Shown in pieces: positions 1 through 8,430 of a DNA stretch of 50,822 nt (position 1 is its first letter; the number at the start of each line of letters is the position of its first letter). The notes beneath the pieces are model-generated. The model searched no databases. It was not told where the DNA came from and worked only from the letters and a program-made list of their open reading frames with translations. The stretch comes from a virus. Lineage: Duplodnaviria; Caudoviricetes. Both the position numbers and the translations under genes were made by a program. Where the stretch lies: IMG/VR virus record IMGVR_UViG_3300026302_000105, positions 1 to 50,822 of that record. One strand, written 5' to 3'.

Positions 1-621
1 TCACCTCAGATCGTCAATCAGCTCCAGCGCCCCATCCGGCAGCGGCCGCTGAAGCTCGGCCGCGGGGGCGCCCTGTAGCCAGACTTGCCAGTCGTCGGGC
101 TCGATCAGGATGACAGGCATCGCCTTGGGATGGATCGGCCGGACCTCGGCATTGGGCTCGCAGGTGAGAAAGGCGAACAGGTCGTCGGTCGTCTCACCGT
201 CCTTCAGCTTGCGCATCGACCGCCACTCGGGCACCCATAGCCCCGCAAAGAAAGCCTGATGCTCGCTGATCACCCGGAACCAGGCGTTGCCCGCTCCCTT
301 GCCGCGCGGCTCCGCAAATCGGTCGAAAGGCACGAGACAGCGGTGGTCAGGCCCCAGCCATCGGCGCCAATGAGGCGAGCCGACATTTCGGACGTTGGTG
401 ACGCCCCGGTCGATCCCCGAGGGGCTGTGATATTGCGGCGGCGAGGGGAGGCCCCAGCGCGCCACCCGCAGCACCGCCCCATCCTCCCCCTGCGTCAGGA
501 TCGGTGCCAGCCTGTCGGGGTAGATGTCGCCGGGCTCCATGTTGCCCGCGCGGTTGCTGATTCCGGGAAACAGCCTGCGCATCGCCTCGACGGCGGTGGT
601 CTGGTTGTAGAGGTTGCACAT
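1..621 (-). CDS. SOS response-associated peptidase (SRAP, HMCES/YedK family abasic-site protein)
   Basis: Start placed at MCNLY (catalytic Cys2, ATG at 621). Motifs RCLVPFDRFAE, FAGLW, FAFLT, IHPKAMPVIL. Confidence 0.92.
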   Translation of the reverse strand: MCNLYNQTTAVEAMRRLFPGISNRAGNMEPGDIYPDRLAPILTQGEDGAVLRVARWGLPSPPQYHSPSGIDRGVTNVRNVGSPHWRRWLGPDHRCLVPFDRFAEPRGKGAGNAWFRVISEHQAFFAGLWVPEWRSMRKLKDGETTDDLFAFLTCEPNAEVRPIHPKAMPVILIEPDDWQVWLQGAPAAELQRPLPDGALELIDDLR

Positions 622-684
622 GGATCCGTTCATCCCTCGCAATCTGAGGGTGACCATGCGAGCCGGCCAGCGACCGGTCAATCC

Positions 685-891
685 CTATCTCAATGGCGGC
701 CGCTCACGCAGCACCCTGGCGCCATGCTGGAGCGTCAGCCGGTCCTGCGGCCTCTCGCTCTGCAGGGCGTCCCAGGCCGCTTTCATGGCCGTGAAACTCC
801 CGGCCGCAACCGTCTCGTGCAAATGCGGGCCTTTTGCCCAGATGATGTAGAGGGCGGCGTTTTCGTCGAATTTGGGTTCGTGGATTTGCAT
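685..891 (-). CDS. Hypothetical 68-aa protein, first gene of putative SOS-controlled operon
   Basis: ATG lies just downstream of a LexA-boxed promoter; co-oriented with SRAP. Confidence 0.7.
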   Translation of the reverse strand: MQIHEPKFDENAALYIIWAKGPHLHETVAAGSFTAMKAAWDALQSERPQDRLTLQHGARVLRERPPLR

Positions 892-900
892 GTTAGGTTA

Positions 901-930
901 GAACATAGAGCGAACATATTCTTTGGGCAA
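901..930 (-). promoter_or_regulatory. Sigma70-like promoter overlapped by alphaproteobacterial LexA box
   Basis: Minus strand TTGCCC-N17-TATGTT (930-902). GTTC-GCTCTAT-GTTC (915-901) matches GTTC-N7-GTTC exactly. Confidence 0.8.
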
Positions 931-980
931 TCCCCCTCGCACCCCTCGACGCCCGCCGCCCTCACGCCTACATCCGGCAC

Positions 981-1166
981 ATGTACCCATCCGGCGAAAT
1001 CACTCTCCGCGTCGACTGCGCCTGCGGCCATACCGCCGAGCTACGGGCGGAGGATGTCGGCTGCGACCCTCTCTATTTCAAAGGCTGGGATCGCCTGCGG
1101 TGCAGCCGGTGCGGGCGGAAAGGGCGCCCCGCGGCCATCATGCGCAGCTGGTCACCTGCGAAATAG
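981..1166 (+). CDS. Small putative zinc-ribbon protein
   Basis: CACGH and CSRCG motifs in 61 aa; divergent from the LexA box; weak RBS. Confidence 0.55.
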   Translation: MYPSGEITLRVDCACGHTAELRAEDVGCDPLYFKGWDRLRCSRCGRKGRPAAIMRSWSPAK

Positions 1167-1177
1167 GCCCGCAAAAG

Positions 1178-1229
1178 TTACGCCTAGCGTGATTTTGCCC
1201 TTGCAATGCGATTACGCATAGCGTATCTG
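1178..1229 (+). promoter_or_regulatory. Promoter with two palindromic operators TACGC-N3-GCGTR
   Basis: TACGCCTAGCGTG (1179-1191) and TACGCATAGCGTA (1213-1225) flank/overlap TTGCAA-N17-TATCTG (1201-1229). Confidence 0.65.
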
Positions 1230-1273
1230 TAGAGCATGGAAACGGGCGATGCCCACTGATTGGAGAGACCGTG

Positions 1274-1489
1274 ATGAACAGCTTCGCCATTTTCGCCAAC
1301 GGCGCTTACTGGGGCACTTGGGCCAGCATTGACGCCGAGTCTGCGATGCAGGCTGCTGCCGACGAAGTCGGGACGGAAGGCAATACCGATGGCCTGGTCG
1401 CGCATGAGGTCACGGCCGATCAGGTGACGGCGCTCGACGAATGGTCTGCAAATGGCTCGCCCGCCAGCGAATGCCCGATCAAGGCTTGA
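1274..1489 (+). CDS. Small acidic hypothetical protein (candidate anti-defence protein)
   Basis: GGAGAG RBS; 71 aa with 11 D/E, 1 K and no R. Confidence 0.75.
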   Translation: MNSFAIFANGAYWGTWASIDAESAMQAAADEVGTEGNTDGLVAHEVTADQVTALDEWSANGSPASECPIKA

Positions 1490-1492
1490 TCC

Positions 1493-1723
1493 ATGACCCC
1501 CGAAGAGATCCGCACCGCCCGCGAGACGCTGGGCCTCATGCAGGCCCAGCTTGCCGCCGTCATGGGATTGCGGGGCGCGGCGGCCGTGAGCGAATGGGAG
1601 AAGGGAAAGCGCACACCGGATGGCCGCAGCATCCGCCTCCTGCGCGCTTATCTCGATGGATACAGGCCCTCGGACTGGCCGCTGCAGCCTCAGCCCCCCA
1701 CCGCCCCCACCAGCCCGTCATAG
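1493..1723 (+). CDS. XRE-family HTH regulator (Aca/HigA-like)
   Basis: MTPEEIRTARETLGLMQAQLA...VSEWEKGKRTP, a typical XRE HTH. Confidence 0.85.
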   Translation: MTPEEIRTARETLGLMQAQLAAVMGLRGAAAVSEWEKGKRTPDGRSIRLLRAYLDGYRPSDWPLQPQPPTAPTSPS

Positions 1724-1953
1724 CCCTGCACCGCCAGCCCGCGCCGCCCCTCGCAGGTGATCAGCGCATCACCCATCCGGCCGACGATCAGGCGCCAGTC
1801 CCCGCCGCCCAGTAGATCGGCCGGGGCGGCGCAGGGCAGCCGCGCCTCAGTCGGCAGGGGTGCCGTCTGCACCCCACCGGGCGCGGAGCCCAGACAGGTC
1901 GTCAGGCTGAGGGACAAGGCAAGCGCGGGGATCGGCGAGGATGGCATGGTCAT
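1690..1953 (-). CDS. Putative o-spanin (Rz1-like lipoprotein)
   Basis: Hydrophobic leader ending LSLTTC, Pro-rich, additional Cys; overlaps the 3' end of the i-spanin gene in another frame. Confidence 0.6.
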   Translation of the reverse strand: MTMPSSPIPALALSLSLTTCLGSAPGGVQTAPLPTEARLPCAAPADLLGGGDWRLIVGRMGDALITCEGRRGLAVQGYDGLVGAVGG

Positions 1954-2200
1954 GCTCCTGGGATCGGGCGCGCTGCGCGTCCTCGCGCTGGCGCAGGTCG
2001 TATTCGGTGCGGGACAGCGCCTCGGCCGCGTCGAAGATCCGGCGCTGCACGCGGCTGCGGTCCTCGGCCTGCTGCGCGGCCTCCCGGTCGCCGCGCCAGG
2101 ACCAGGCGGCGCCGAAGGCTGCGACGTGAGAGGCCACCAGCGCCGCGCCCACCAGCGGCCAGATCCAGGCGCCGAGGCGGTCGAGCAGCAGGCGGATCAC
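1847..2200 (-). CDS. Putative i-spanin (Rz-like)
   Basis: N-terminal TM, coiled periplasmic part, C-terminal Cys; downstream of endolysin. Confidence 0.65.
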   Translation of the reverse strand: MIRLLLDRLGAWIWPLVGAALVASHVAAFGAAWSWRGDREAAQQAEDRSRVQRRIFDAAEALSRTEYDLRQREDAQRARSQEHDHAILADPRACLVPQPDDLSGLRARWGADGTPAD

Positions 2201-2439
2201 GGCAGCGCCTGCGTAATCGACCCGGGCGGATCGCCGCAGGTGACATAGGGCTCAGGCCACACCGGGTCAGGGTGATGGCGCGGCAAGATGCCCGGGCCAA
2301 TCTTGGACCAGTCAATGGGCGTGGCCTCCTGCACCGTCGCCAGCTTCGCGCGCATCGCTTCGGCCTGTTCCGCGGTCATCGCGCCGCCGGTCGCGGCGAG
2401 AAAGCCATCCAGCCATGCGCGGTATTCGCTTAGGGTCAT
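2197..2439 (-). CDS. Hypothetical protein inserted in lysis cassette
   Basis: MTLSEYRAWLDGF... with GGAGAG RBS; stop overlaps the spanin GTG. Confidence 0.65.
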   Translation of the reverse strand: MTLSEYRAWLDGFLAATGGAMTAEQAEAMRAKLATVQEATPIDWSKIGPGILPRHHPDPVWPEPYVTCGDPPGSITQALP

Positions 2440-2450
2440 GTTGCTCTCCA

Positions 2451-3002
2451 TCACGGCAAACCCCGAATGCAGATCGCATGCTCGCGCTGGCGGCGCGGGA
2501 AGAGGATCCGCGCGCGCACCCCGGCGCGGGTCCACCAGGTCAGCGCCTCGCAGGCCCCGCGCACGTCGCCTGCATTGAGGCGGCGCACCGCGGTCGATCC
2601 CGAGACGGCGCCGATCCCGATGTTGTAGGTCAGCGACGAGAACGCGACATCGACCCAGACGGTGAGCGACAGATAGCCGGTCTCGGTCAAGCTGTTGCGG
2701 AAGCCCTGCCAGTAGCGCTGCGCCTCGCGCCGCAGGTCAGCGCGGCACTCGGCCCTGGTCCGCACGTCGCCCATGCGCACCCCCACGGTGATGCCCGAGC
2801 AGATCGTCGGCACCGGCGGGCTGGCGATGCGGTCAAGATAGGCCTCGCAGCGGTCACCGTTGCAGGGCAGGCCCTCTTCCTGCTCCAGGAGCGGCACCAG
2901 GTGGGTCGCGGTCTCGGGCCAGGTCGGCGCCCCGTTCTGGGGCGGGACGGGCGCGGCGGCGGTGCAGATCGCGAAGACCGCGCAGAGGATGGACTGGATC
3001 AT
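2451..3002 (-). CDS. Endolysin, GH24 lysozyme with N-terminal hydrophobic signal/SAR segment
   Basis: EEG...AYLD...PTICSG, SLTYNIG, STAVRRLNAG, ACEALTWW, RRQRE motifs; ATGA coupling with the holin. Confidence 0.92.
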   Translation of the reverse strand: MIQSILCAVFAICTAAAPVPPQNGAPTWPETATHLVPLLEQEEGLPCNGDRCEAYLDRIASPPVPTICSGITVGVRMGDVRTRAECRADLRREAQRYWQGFRNSLTETGYLSLTVWVDVAFSSLTYNIGIGAVSGSTAVRRLNAGDVRGACEALTWWTRAGVRARILFPRRQREHAICIRGLP

Positions 3003-3214
3003 CCCGACACCTTGGGCTGCTTGACCAGCCGACCAAGGGGGCCGTAGACGAAGAGGATGTTCGCCAGCGCGAAGAAGACCCACGGCGCCACGGGGTCATA
3101 GCCCAGCAAGCGATACAGCAGCTCGGGCGCCCATAGGGCGATCATGCCCAGGTAGAAAGCCCGCATCGAGTGCGAGCGAAGCGCCACCTGGCGCCAGTTG
3201 TCGACCAGTTTCAT
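2999..3214 (-). CDS. Putative holin
   Basis: 71 aa, two TM segments, MKLVDNWR...RLVKQ pattern; directly upstream of lysozyme. Confidence 0.75.
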   Translation of the reverse strand: MKLVDNWRQVALRSHSMRAFYLGMIALWAPELLYRLLGYDPVAPWVFFALANILFVYGPLGRLVKQPKVSG

Positions 3215-3504
3215 CGTCCGTTCTCCCTCAGGTATCGGGTCAGATCCGCTACGCCCGCCTCGATGCGGACCAGGCTTGTCTCGATCGAGCGCAGCCGCTC
3301 GTTGGTGCGGGCCTCGGCGGCCTGACCGGCGGCCAGTTGCTCGCCATGCCGAGAGATCTGGGCAGCGTTGGCGCGGCTGCGCTCATCGACCTGCTCGACC
3401 CGGGCGCTCATCGCGAACCAAGCGCCGGTCAGGCTGACCAGCAGCACGCCGATGGTCAGCAGGTTGCCCAGCGAAATGGTCATCGGGATCTTGGGGGCGG
3501 TCAT
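3211..3504 (-). CDS. Membrane protein with coiled coil (lysis-cassette associated)
   Basis: ISLGNLLTIGVLLV TM followed by heptad repeats. Confidence 0.7.
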   Translation of the reverse strand: MTAPKIPMTISLGNLLTIGVLLVSLTGAWFAMSARVEQVDERSRANAAQISRHGEQLAAGQAAEARTNERLRSIETSLVRIEAGVADLTRYLRENGR

Positions 3505-4331
3505 CAGGTGAATGCCCCGCGGGCGATCACGCGCGTGAAGTCGTCATCGAGGACGGTCAGGGGCGCGCGCTCTGAGACGGCCAGATCCTCGATCCAGCCC
3601 CGGTAAAGGCGCGTGTTGGGCGCGGCGCCGAAGCCCGGGGGCACGCCCCATTTGGGCTTCATGGCCGAGAAATCGCCCACGTTGTCGTCACCAACAACCG
3701 TGGCCAGCAGGACCGTGCCCAGGGCCGAGCGCATCCGCATGCCGACGCCCCCGGCGTTGCGCCAGTAGGCGATCTGGGTGACCTGACCGAAGATGTTGGC
3801 GTTGGGATCGGTGTTGCCCCCCTGGAACGTCGAGCCGTTGGTCTGGCGGCGGTAGTCGATCCGGGGAATACTGCTCTGCGACCACGTGACCAGCTCGGGT
3901 CCGGCCGAATAGCTGGTGGCCGCACACTGGAACATGGGCGCAATGGAGCCGCCCGTCGCATACCATGCCTCAGAGGTCGGCATCTTGTACCAGCCGACCA
4001 CCATGAAATACTGCGGGCCACCATGGATCGAGGCCAGGCATCCCGCCGGGCCCTCGACATAGGCGCGGTTGGTGATCGGCGCGGCGAAGTCAAAGCCGCC
4101 GCCCGCAAAGATGGTGCCGTCGCCGGTCTCGACAAAGGCGCCGTCGCCCACATCGGCCGCGTCTTTGACCACATCGGCCCCGATCGGATTGCCGCCCGCC
4201 CAGCAATAGCGAAACGCGAGGTCGAACATGAAGGTCACGCCCCCGTTGTCGCCCGTCAGGATGGGATCGCGGCGCAGGGTCACGAGGTCGGGCGCGGTGG
4301 AGGTGGAGAGGGATTTGATGACGACAGGCAT
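3504..4331 (-). CDS. Tail-spike-associated beta-rich (LamG/lectin-like) protein
   Basis: Start at MPVVIKS with AAGGAG RBS; follows the SGNH spike gene; fold is inferred. Confidence 0.6.
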   Translation of the reverse strand: MPVVIKSLSTSTAPDLVTLRRDPILTGDNGGVTFMFDLAFRYCWAGGNPIGADVVKDAADVGDGAFVETGDGTIFAGGGFDFAAPITNRAYVEGPAGCLASIHGGPQYFMVVGWYKMPTSEAWYATGGSIAPMFQCAATSYSAGPELVTWSQSSIPRIDYRRQTNGSTFQGGNTDPNANIFGQVTQIAYWRNAGGVGMRMRSALGTVLLATVVGDDNVGDFSAMKPKWGVPPGFGAAPNTRLYRGWIEDLAVSERAPLTVLDDDFTRVIARGAFT

Positions 4332-4341
4332 TTCAAGCTCC

Positions 4342-7300
4342 TTAGGCTTCGAGCATTTCGAGGAAACCAAATTGCAGGACGCGGCCTCCGTTGGGAGGTT
4401 CGGGGTGGATGCCATCCGCATTGAAAAGGGGGCGATCTGAGGTGCTGGCGTAGTCAGCCGGGACGAGCCCGAAATCCCGCTGGAAATCCCGGAAGGCGAT
4501 CCCTTCCGCCGCCGCGATCTCTCGCGCCTGCGCTGCATAGAGCGCCATGGGGTAGGTGTTTTCGCGCATGTTTTCGGGCGGCATCGCCAGCAGAATATCC
4601 GGCACCGCCGCAGCGGCGCGCAGGCGCTCGATCAGCGTCTCGGCGTGCCCGGCCCAGGTCTCGGGTGACATGACCACTTGGCTGTTAGTACCATCGAGGA
4701 CGGTGAAGGTATCGACCTCCAGCACCTCCCAACCCGCGCGCTGCTGTGCTTCGTCACGGGCGGTCCACTGGCTGATGTTCGACCCGCTACCGCCCAGCTT
4801 GTGAAACCGCACGCCCGAGGCGTCCGACAGCGCGTTGTCGCCGCACAGCTTGACCGTGCCGCTGACCACCTCGATCTCGATCACATGCGCCCCAGCGGTC
4901 AGGGCAATGTCGAAGGTCTGGACCGCATCCACCGTGCCCTGCACGTTTTGGCTGGTCCAGGAGCCGCCATCGACCCGGTGGCGCACGACGCCATCGGCCG
5001 TGCCGATGTAGACGACGCGCAGGGCGGTGTGATCGGGCGAGGCCGGGACCGCGCGCCGGACATAGGCCCCGGCGGTCGAGCTGGAGACGTGCGACAGATC
5101 GGGGCCGTCACTGCCGTTGTAGACCGTCGCCCAGGCGCCGTGGAAATGCAGGGTATAGGAGGACGGGCGCACGTTGCCGTTGATGCCGCTGGGCTGCGTC
5201 CCGGGATAGACCCATGGCCCGCCCGCGCCACCATACCAACCATAGCCCGTCCAGCCGCCGCCCGCGTCACCGTATTGAGCCATGAGCAACTGCGCAGCGG
5301 GTCCGGTCCAGCGGACGGCGGCCTGGGTATAGCTGTCGCCGATAGCCGCGATGTTGATCTGGGTCGCCTCGCCGAGCCTGCATTTGATCATCTTGTAGTG
5401 GCAGTTGCGCAGGGTCTCGCGGCCAAATTGCGGGGCCAACGTTACGCCGCTGGGGGACAGGCTGGCGTCCAGGCGCGTGCCGAGGTCCGGCGCTGACCCG
5501 CGCGCCGCCACAACCTCGGCCGAGGCGTCGTCCCCGGGTGCGGGCGCGGCCCACAGGACTTTCAGATCGGCGTCGGTCGCGATGATCGGCGGAGCCAAAG
5601 GATCGTTGATCTCGTAATACACCAGCTCGAAATCGGCGGTGCCGAGCTTGGCCAGGGCGATGTGCCAAAGGGCGCCTTTGTCCACCCGTCCGAAGATCTT
5701 GTTCATAGCCTCTGCGAAGACCATCAGATCGTCATCGCCCTGAAAGCTCAGCAGATCGAAGACCGCGCGGAAATCGTGCAAGAACCCCAAGCCGTCATCG
5801 ACCCAGTCCGAGCCGTCGAAATGCCAGAAATGCCCCGTGCTGCTGATCCAGGCCGTCTCGCCGGTGGTCGGGGTAAGATCGTCCAGATCGGCGGTCAGAG
5901 CGAGGCTGTAATCCACGGCCACCAGTTCCGACGCGGCGTCCAGCGCGGCCTCGGCGCCCAGCCGCGCCTCCTGTGCGGCAGTGGCGTTGCCCTCGCTGTC
6001 GGCAAGATTCGCGGCCTCTTCGGCGCGGTCGGCGTCTACGCCCGCGGATTCGGCGGCGGTCTCGGCCCGCCAGCGATCGGTCACGTCCTCAAGCCACACC
6101 TCAGCGAAGCGCCAGACGCCATCCGTATCGGCGTCCTCAGTCGCGATTTTCGCCCGGGCGAGCCGGCCGTCGGCGTCAAGGACATGATCCACACCCTCGA
6201 CATCTTGAGAGAGCGTGGCGGCGATCTGAACACGCCCGTCCGCAACCGAGATCGCCGCTGCTGCACGCACGGCGATGGTCTCGACGTTGGTGGTGCCGTC
6301 TTCCTCCCAGGTCTCCACCAGATAGGCGACGGTCGAGATGCCCGAGCTGTTCGCGGCGCAGATCCCGTCGAATCTGGCCTCATAGACGCGCCCATTGGTC
6401 AGGGGGACCCATTCGCGATGGGCGATGATATGCGAGCCGCCACCAGCGATCTCCACCGATGGACCGAGCAGAGCGTCAAGCGCCATGTCGTCGGAGGTAT
6501 AGCCGGACAGATCCTCGGGCCGCCCCTCGTCGGCGGCTACGAACAGCCACGGGCGCCCGGTTCGACCGCGAGCAGCGGCGACCCCAGCCGAATCGAGCGC
6601 CCGGGCTTCCGCCTCATCGACAAGATCGGAAGTCTCTCCGACAAGCTCCTCAACCTCCGCCAGGCTGGTTCCAGTGCTGGTGACCCCTTCCGCCCAGACC
6701 GGCTCGTCCGGCAGCGCCTCCGCAAAGGTGATGGTGGCCTCATCGAGCGTCCAAGCATGCCCGAAGCGCTGAGCCACACCCCCGATGAACACGCGGATCC
6801 TGTCCGACCCGAGCGAAGCCTGGGCGGCGGTGAGCGTCAGTTCCGTCTCGCCGGGGTTGAGGCCGAAATCGACACGCCAAGCGACGAGCTTGTTGGCAGC
6901 GGCTACCGCAATATCACGCGCGGCTTCAACGACCCCTCGATCAATCGAAACCTGCTCGGCATCTTCCGCCACCTGGTCAGCATCCTCGCTGATCTGGTCG
7001 GCGATTTCCTGCATGATCGCGAGGGTTGCAAACCTGATGCGAAGCCAGTTCCCGGAATAGGTGGGCCCGGCATCATCGACCAGAGCGACCAGCACCTCAT
7101 CCCTGGCGAACGACACATCATCTACGGCGCCACCGAGAGTAACCACCCATGCGTCGCGGGCCCGGATGTCGGTTTGGTCCGGTCGCTCATCCGGGAATGC
7201 GCCGCTGGCAGCGCTCCAGGTGCCGACGAACCTGAGGCCGCTCCCGAGCGCGACGTTGATGGGTTCCACCAGGTCGTTGAGCTGCGCATCGAAGGCAGCG

Positions 7301-7377
7301 CGGAATGCCTCATCACCCGCGTCGTACTGCTCGACGAACGTCCACGGCCGCGAATATGTGAGATCGGTCAGCGGCAT
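4342..7377 (-). CDS. Tail fibre/spike with C-terminal SGNH/GDSL hydrolase domain
   Basis: 1011 aa; IGDSYT, LGGSG, DGTNS and DGIHP blocks of the SGNH family; acidic coiled N-terminal half. Confidence 0.85.
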   Translation of the reverse strand: MPLTDLTYSRPWTFVEQYDAGDEAFRAAFDAQLNDLVEPINVALGSGLRFVGTWSAASGAFPDERPDQTDIRARDAWVVTLGGAVDDVSFARDEVLVALVDDAGPTYSGNWLRIRFATLAIMQEIADQISEDADQVAEDAEQVSIDRGVVEAARDIAVAAANKLVAWRVDFGLNPGETELTLTAAQASLGSDRIRVFIGGVAQRFGHAWTLDEATITFAEALPDEPVWAEGVTSTGTSLAEVEELVGETSDLVDEAEARALDSAGVAAARGRTGRPWLFVAADEGRPEDLSGYTSDDMALDALLGPSVEIAGGGSHIIAHREWVPLTNGRVYEARFDGICAANSSGISTVAYLVETWEEDGTTNVETIAVRAAAAISVADGRVQIAATLSQDVEGVDHVLDADGRLARAKIATEDADTDGVWRFAEVWLEDVTDRWRAETAAESAGVDADRAEEAANLADSEGNATAAQEARLGAEAALDAASELVAVDYSLALTADLDDLTPTTGETAWISSTGHFWHFDGSDWVDDGLGFLHDFRAVFDLLSFQGDDDLMVFAEAMNKIFGRVDKGALWHIALAKLGTADFELVYYEINDPLAPPIIATDADLKVLWAAPAPGDDASAEVVAARGSAPDLGTRLDASLSPSGVTLAPQFGRETLRNCHYKMIKCRLGEATQINIAAIGDSYTQAAVRWTGPAAQLLMAQYGDAGGGWTGYGWYGGAGGPWVYPGTQPSGINGNVRPSSYTLHFHGAWATVYNGSDGPDLSHVSSSTAGAYVRRAVPASPDHTALRVVYIGTADGVVRHRVDGGSWTSQNVQGTVDAVQTFDIALTAGAHVIEIEVVSGTVKLCGDNALSDASGVRFHKLGGSGSNISQWTARDEAQQRAGWEVLEVDTFTVLDGTNSQVVMSPETWAGHAETLIERLRAAAAVPDILLAMPPENMRENTYPMALYAAQAREIAAAEGIAFRDFQRDFGLVPADYASTSDRPLFNADGIHPEPPNGGRVLQFGFLEMLEA

Positions 7378-7411
7378 CTACGCAGTCCTCAGGGTCGGGT
7401 CAACTGAGGCC

Positions 7412-7446
7412 ATCATGCGGAGAGCGCACCGCGCCGTGCGGCGAAA
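7412..7446 (-). promoter_or_regulatory. Putative late promoter A
   Basis: TTTCGCCGCACG-N17-CATGAT, intergenic, 58 bp upstream of the spike start. Confidence 0.7.
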
Positions 7447-7448
7447 GG

Positions 7449-7670
7449 CTACTCGCTCGGCGCTACCGCGACGGGGCCGCTCGCGCTCCACCGCCAGAGG
7501 TGGCGGCCTTCACGATCATCGGGCAGATCGTCGTCTTCGATCGGTCGCCAGTTCGCACCGGGCGGCACGGTCTTCAGGGCTAGCTCCTCGAGCGTTGCGC
7601 CCCAGGACGGCGCGGGGATTACGACGGCAACACCGCCGCCCGGGGTTTCGTAAAGGATCTTGCCGGCCAT
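7449..7670 (-). CDS. Tail-fibre-associated small protein (assembly chaperone-like)
   Basis: GGVAVVIPA...VPPG...DLPDDREGRHLW pattern; directly after a fibre gene. Confidence 0.65.
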   Translation of the reverse strand: MAGKILYETPGGGVAVVIPAPSWGATLEELALKTVPPGANWRPIEDDDLPDDREGRHLWRWSASGPVAVAPSE

Positions 7671-7674
7671 TGGA

Positions 7675-8367
7675 TTACCTGTGGATGGAGATCGACACGT
7701 CGGGGGAGTCGAAGAGGTTGGTGGCGCTGGCGCCCTTCATCGTGGCGACATCGAGCTGGGATGCTGTCTTGGTCTGGCCCCCGATCTGCGAAACCGTGGT
7801 TCTGGTGTTGGTTGCCGTATCGTCGCTGAGGCAGTTCCCATTCCAGGCATAGTTGGCGTCTTCCATCGCGGTCTCGAAGGTGATCTGGTAGAGGCCTGTG
7901 CCAAGGTCGGTCAGGGCGGCCACGTTGCCAGACGCCTTGATCGCGGCCGTTCCCGTTCCGTCGAAGACCACCCACGCCCGGCAGGCGTAGAGTGGGGCGG
8001 ACCCGACGACATTGAGCTTGTCGTCGAGCTTCGCCTCCAGCTTCGAAGGAGAAATCGTTGCTTCGTCCGTGCCGGTTCCGGCGTCCCAGTCCTCTTGATC
8101 GAGTGCCAGGGCGGCGATCACGGCATCAGCATCGACGGAGGTACGTGCGAGCTTGACGCCCCCGGCGGTCTCTTCGTCTGGATCAACGGCATCGGCCGCG
8201 ACCACCTTGTACCCGATGCCCTCGGCCAAGACGAAGACCACATCGTCAACCGCGACCTGGCGCGCTGCGTCTGCGGCGTAGCCCAGCCCTTCATCCGCCT
8301 CCAGAAGCGCCTGCGTGTCGAAGAAGAGGCCGAGCATCGCGCTCGTGACCTTGGTGAGACCTGCCAT
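7675..8367 (-). CDS. Short tail fibre protein
   Basis: C-terminal CRAWVVFDGTG...SGNV..LTDLGTGLYQITF...DANY, a fibre-tip-type motif. Confidence 0.7.
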   Translation of the reverse strand: MAGLTKVTSAMLGLFFDTQALLEADEGLGYAADAARQVAVDDVVFVLAEGIGYKVVAADAVDPDEETAGGVKLARTSVDADAVIAALALDQEDWDAGTGTDEATISPSKLEAKLDDKLNVVGSAPLYACRAWVVFDGTGTAAIKASGNVAALTDLGTGLYQITFETAMEDANYAWNGNCLSDDTATNTRTTVSQIGGQTKTASQLDVATMKGASATNLFDSPDVSISIHR

Positions 8368-8388
8368 TGCTTTCCCCTTGGCTTAGGC

Positions 8389-8416
8389 GCCGCGCAGCCA
8401 ATTCCGGCAGCGCGGC
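8389..8416 (-). terminator. GC-rich hairpin after 8431..9333
   Basis: GCCGCGCAGCC-N6-GGCAGCGCGGC (1 mismatch); poor U-tract. Confidence 0.45.
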
Positions 8417-8430
8417 TGGGCTTGCTCGCG

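Noticed and set aside
685-891. LexA-controlled antirepressor
   Set aside because: CI has an intact Ala-Gly site and Ser/Lys dyad, so it can self-cleave; no antirepressor similarity seen. Not excluded, but unsupported.
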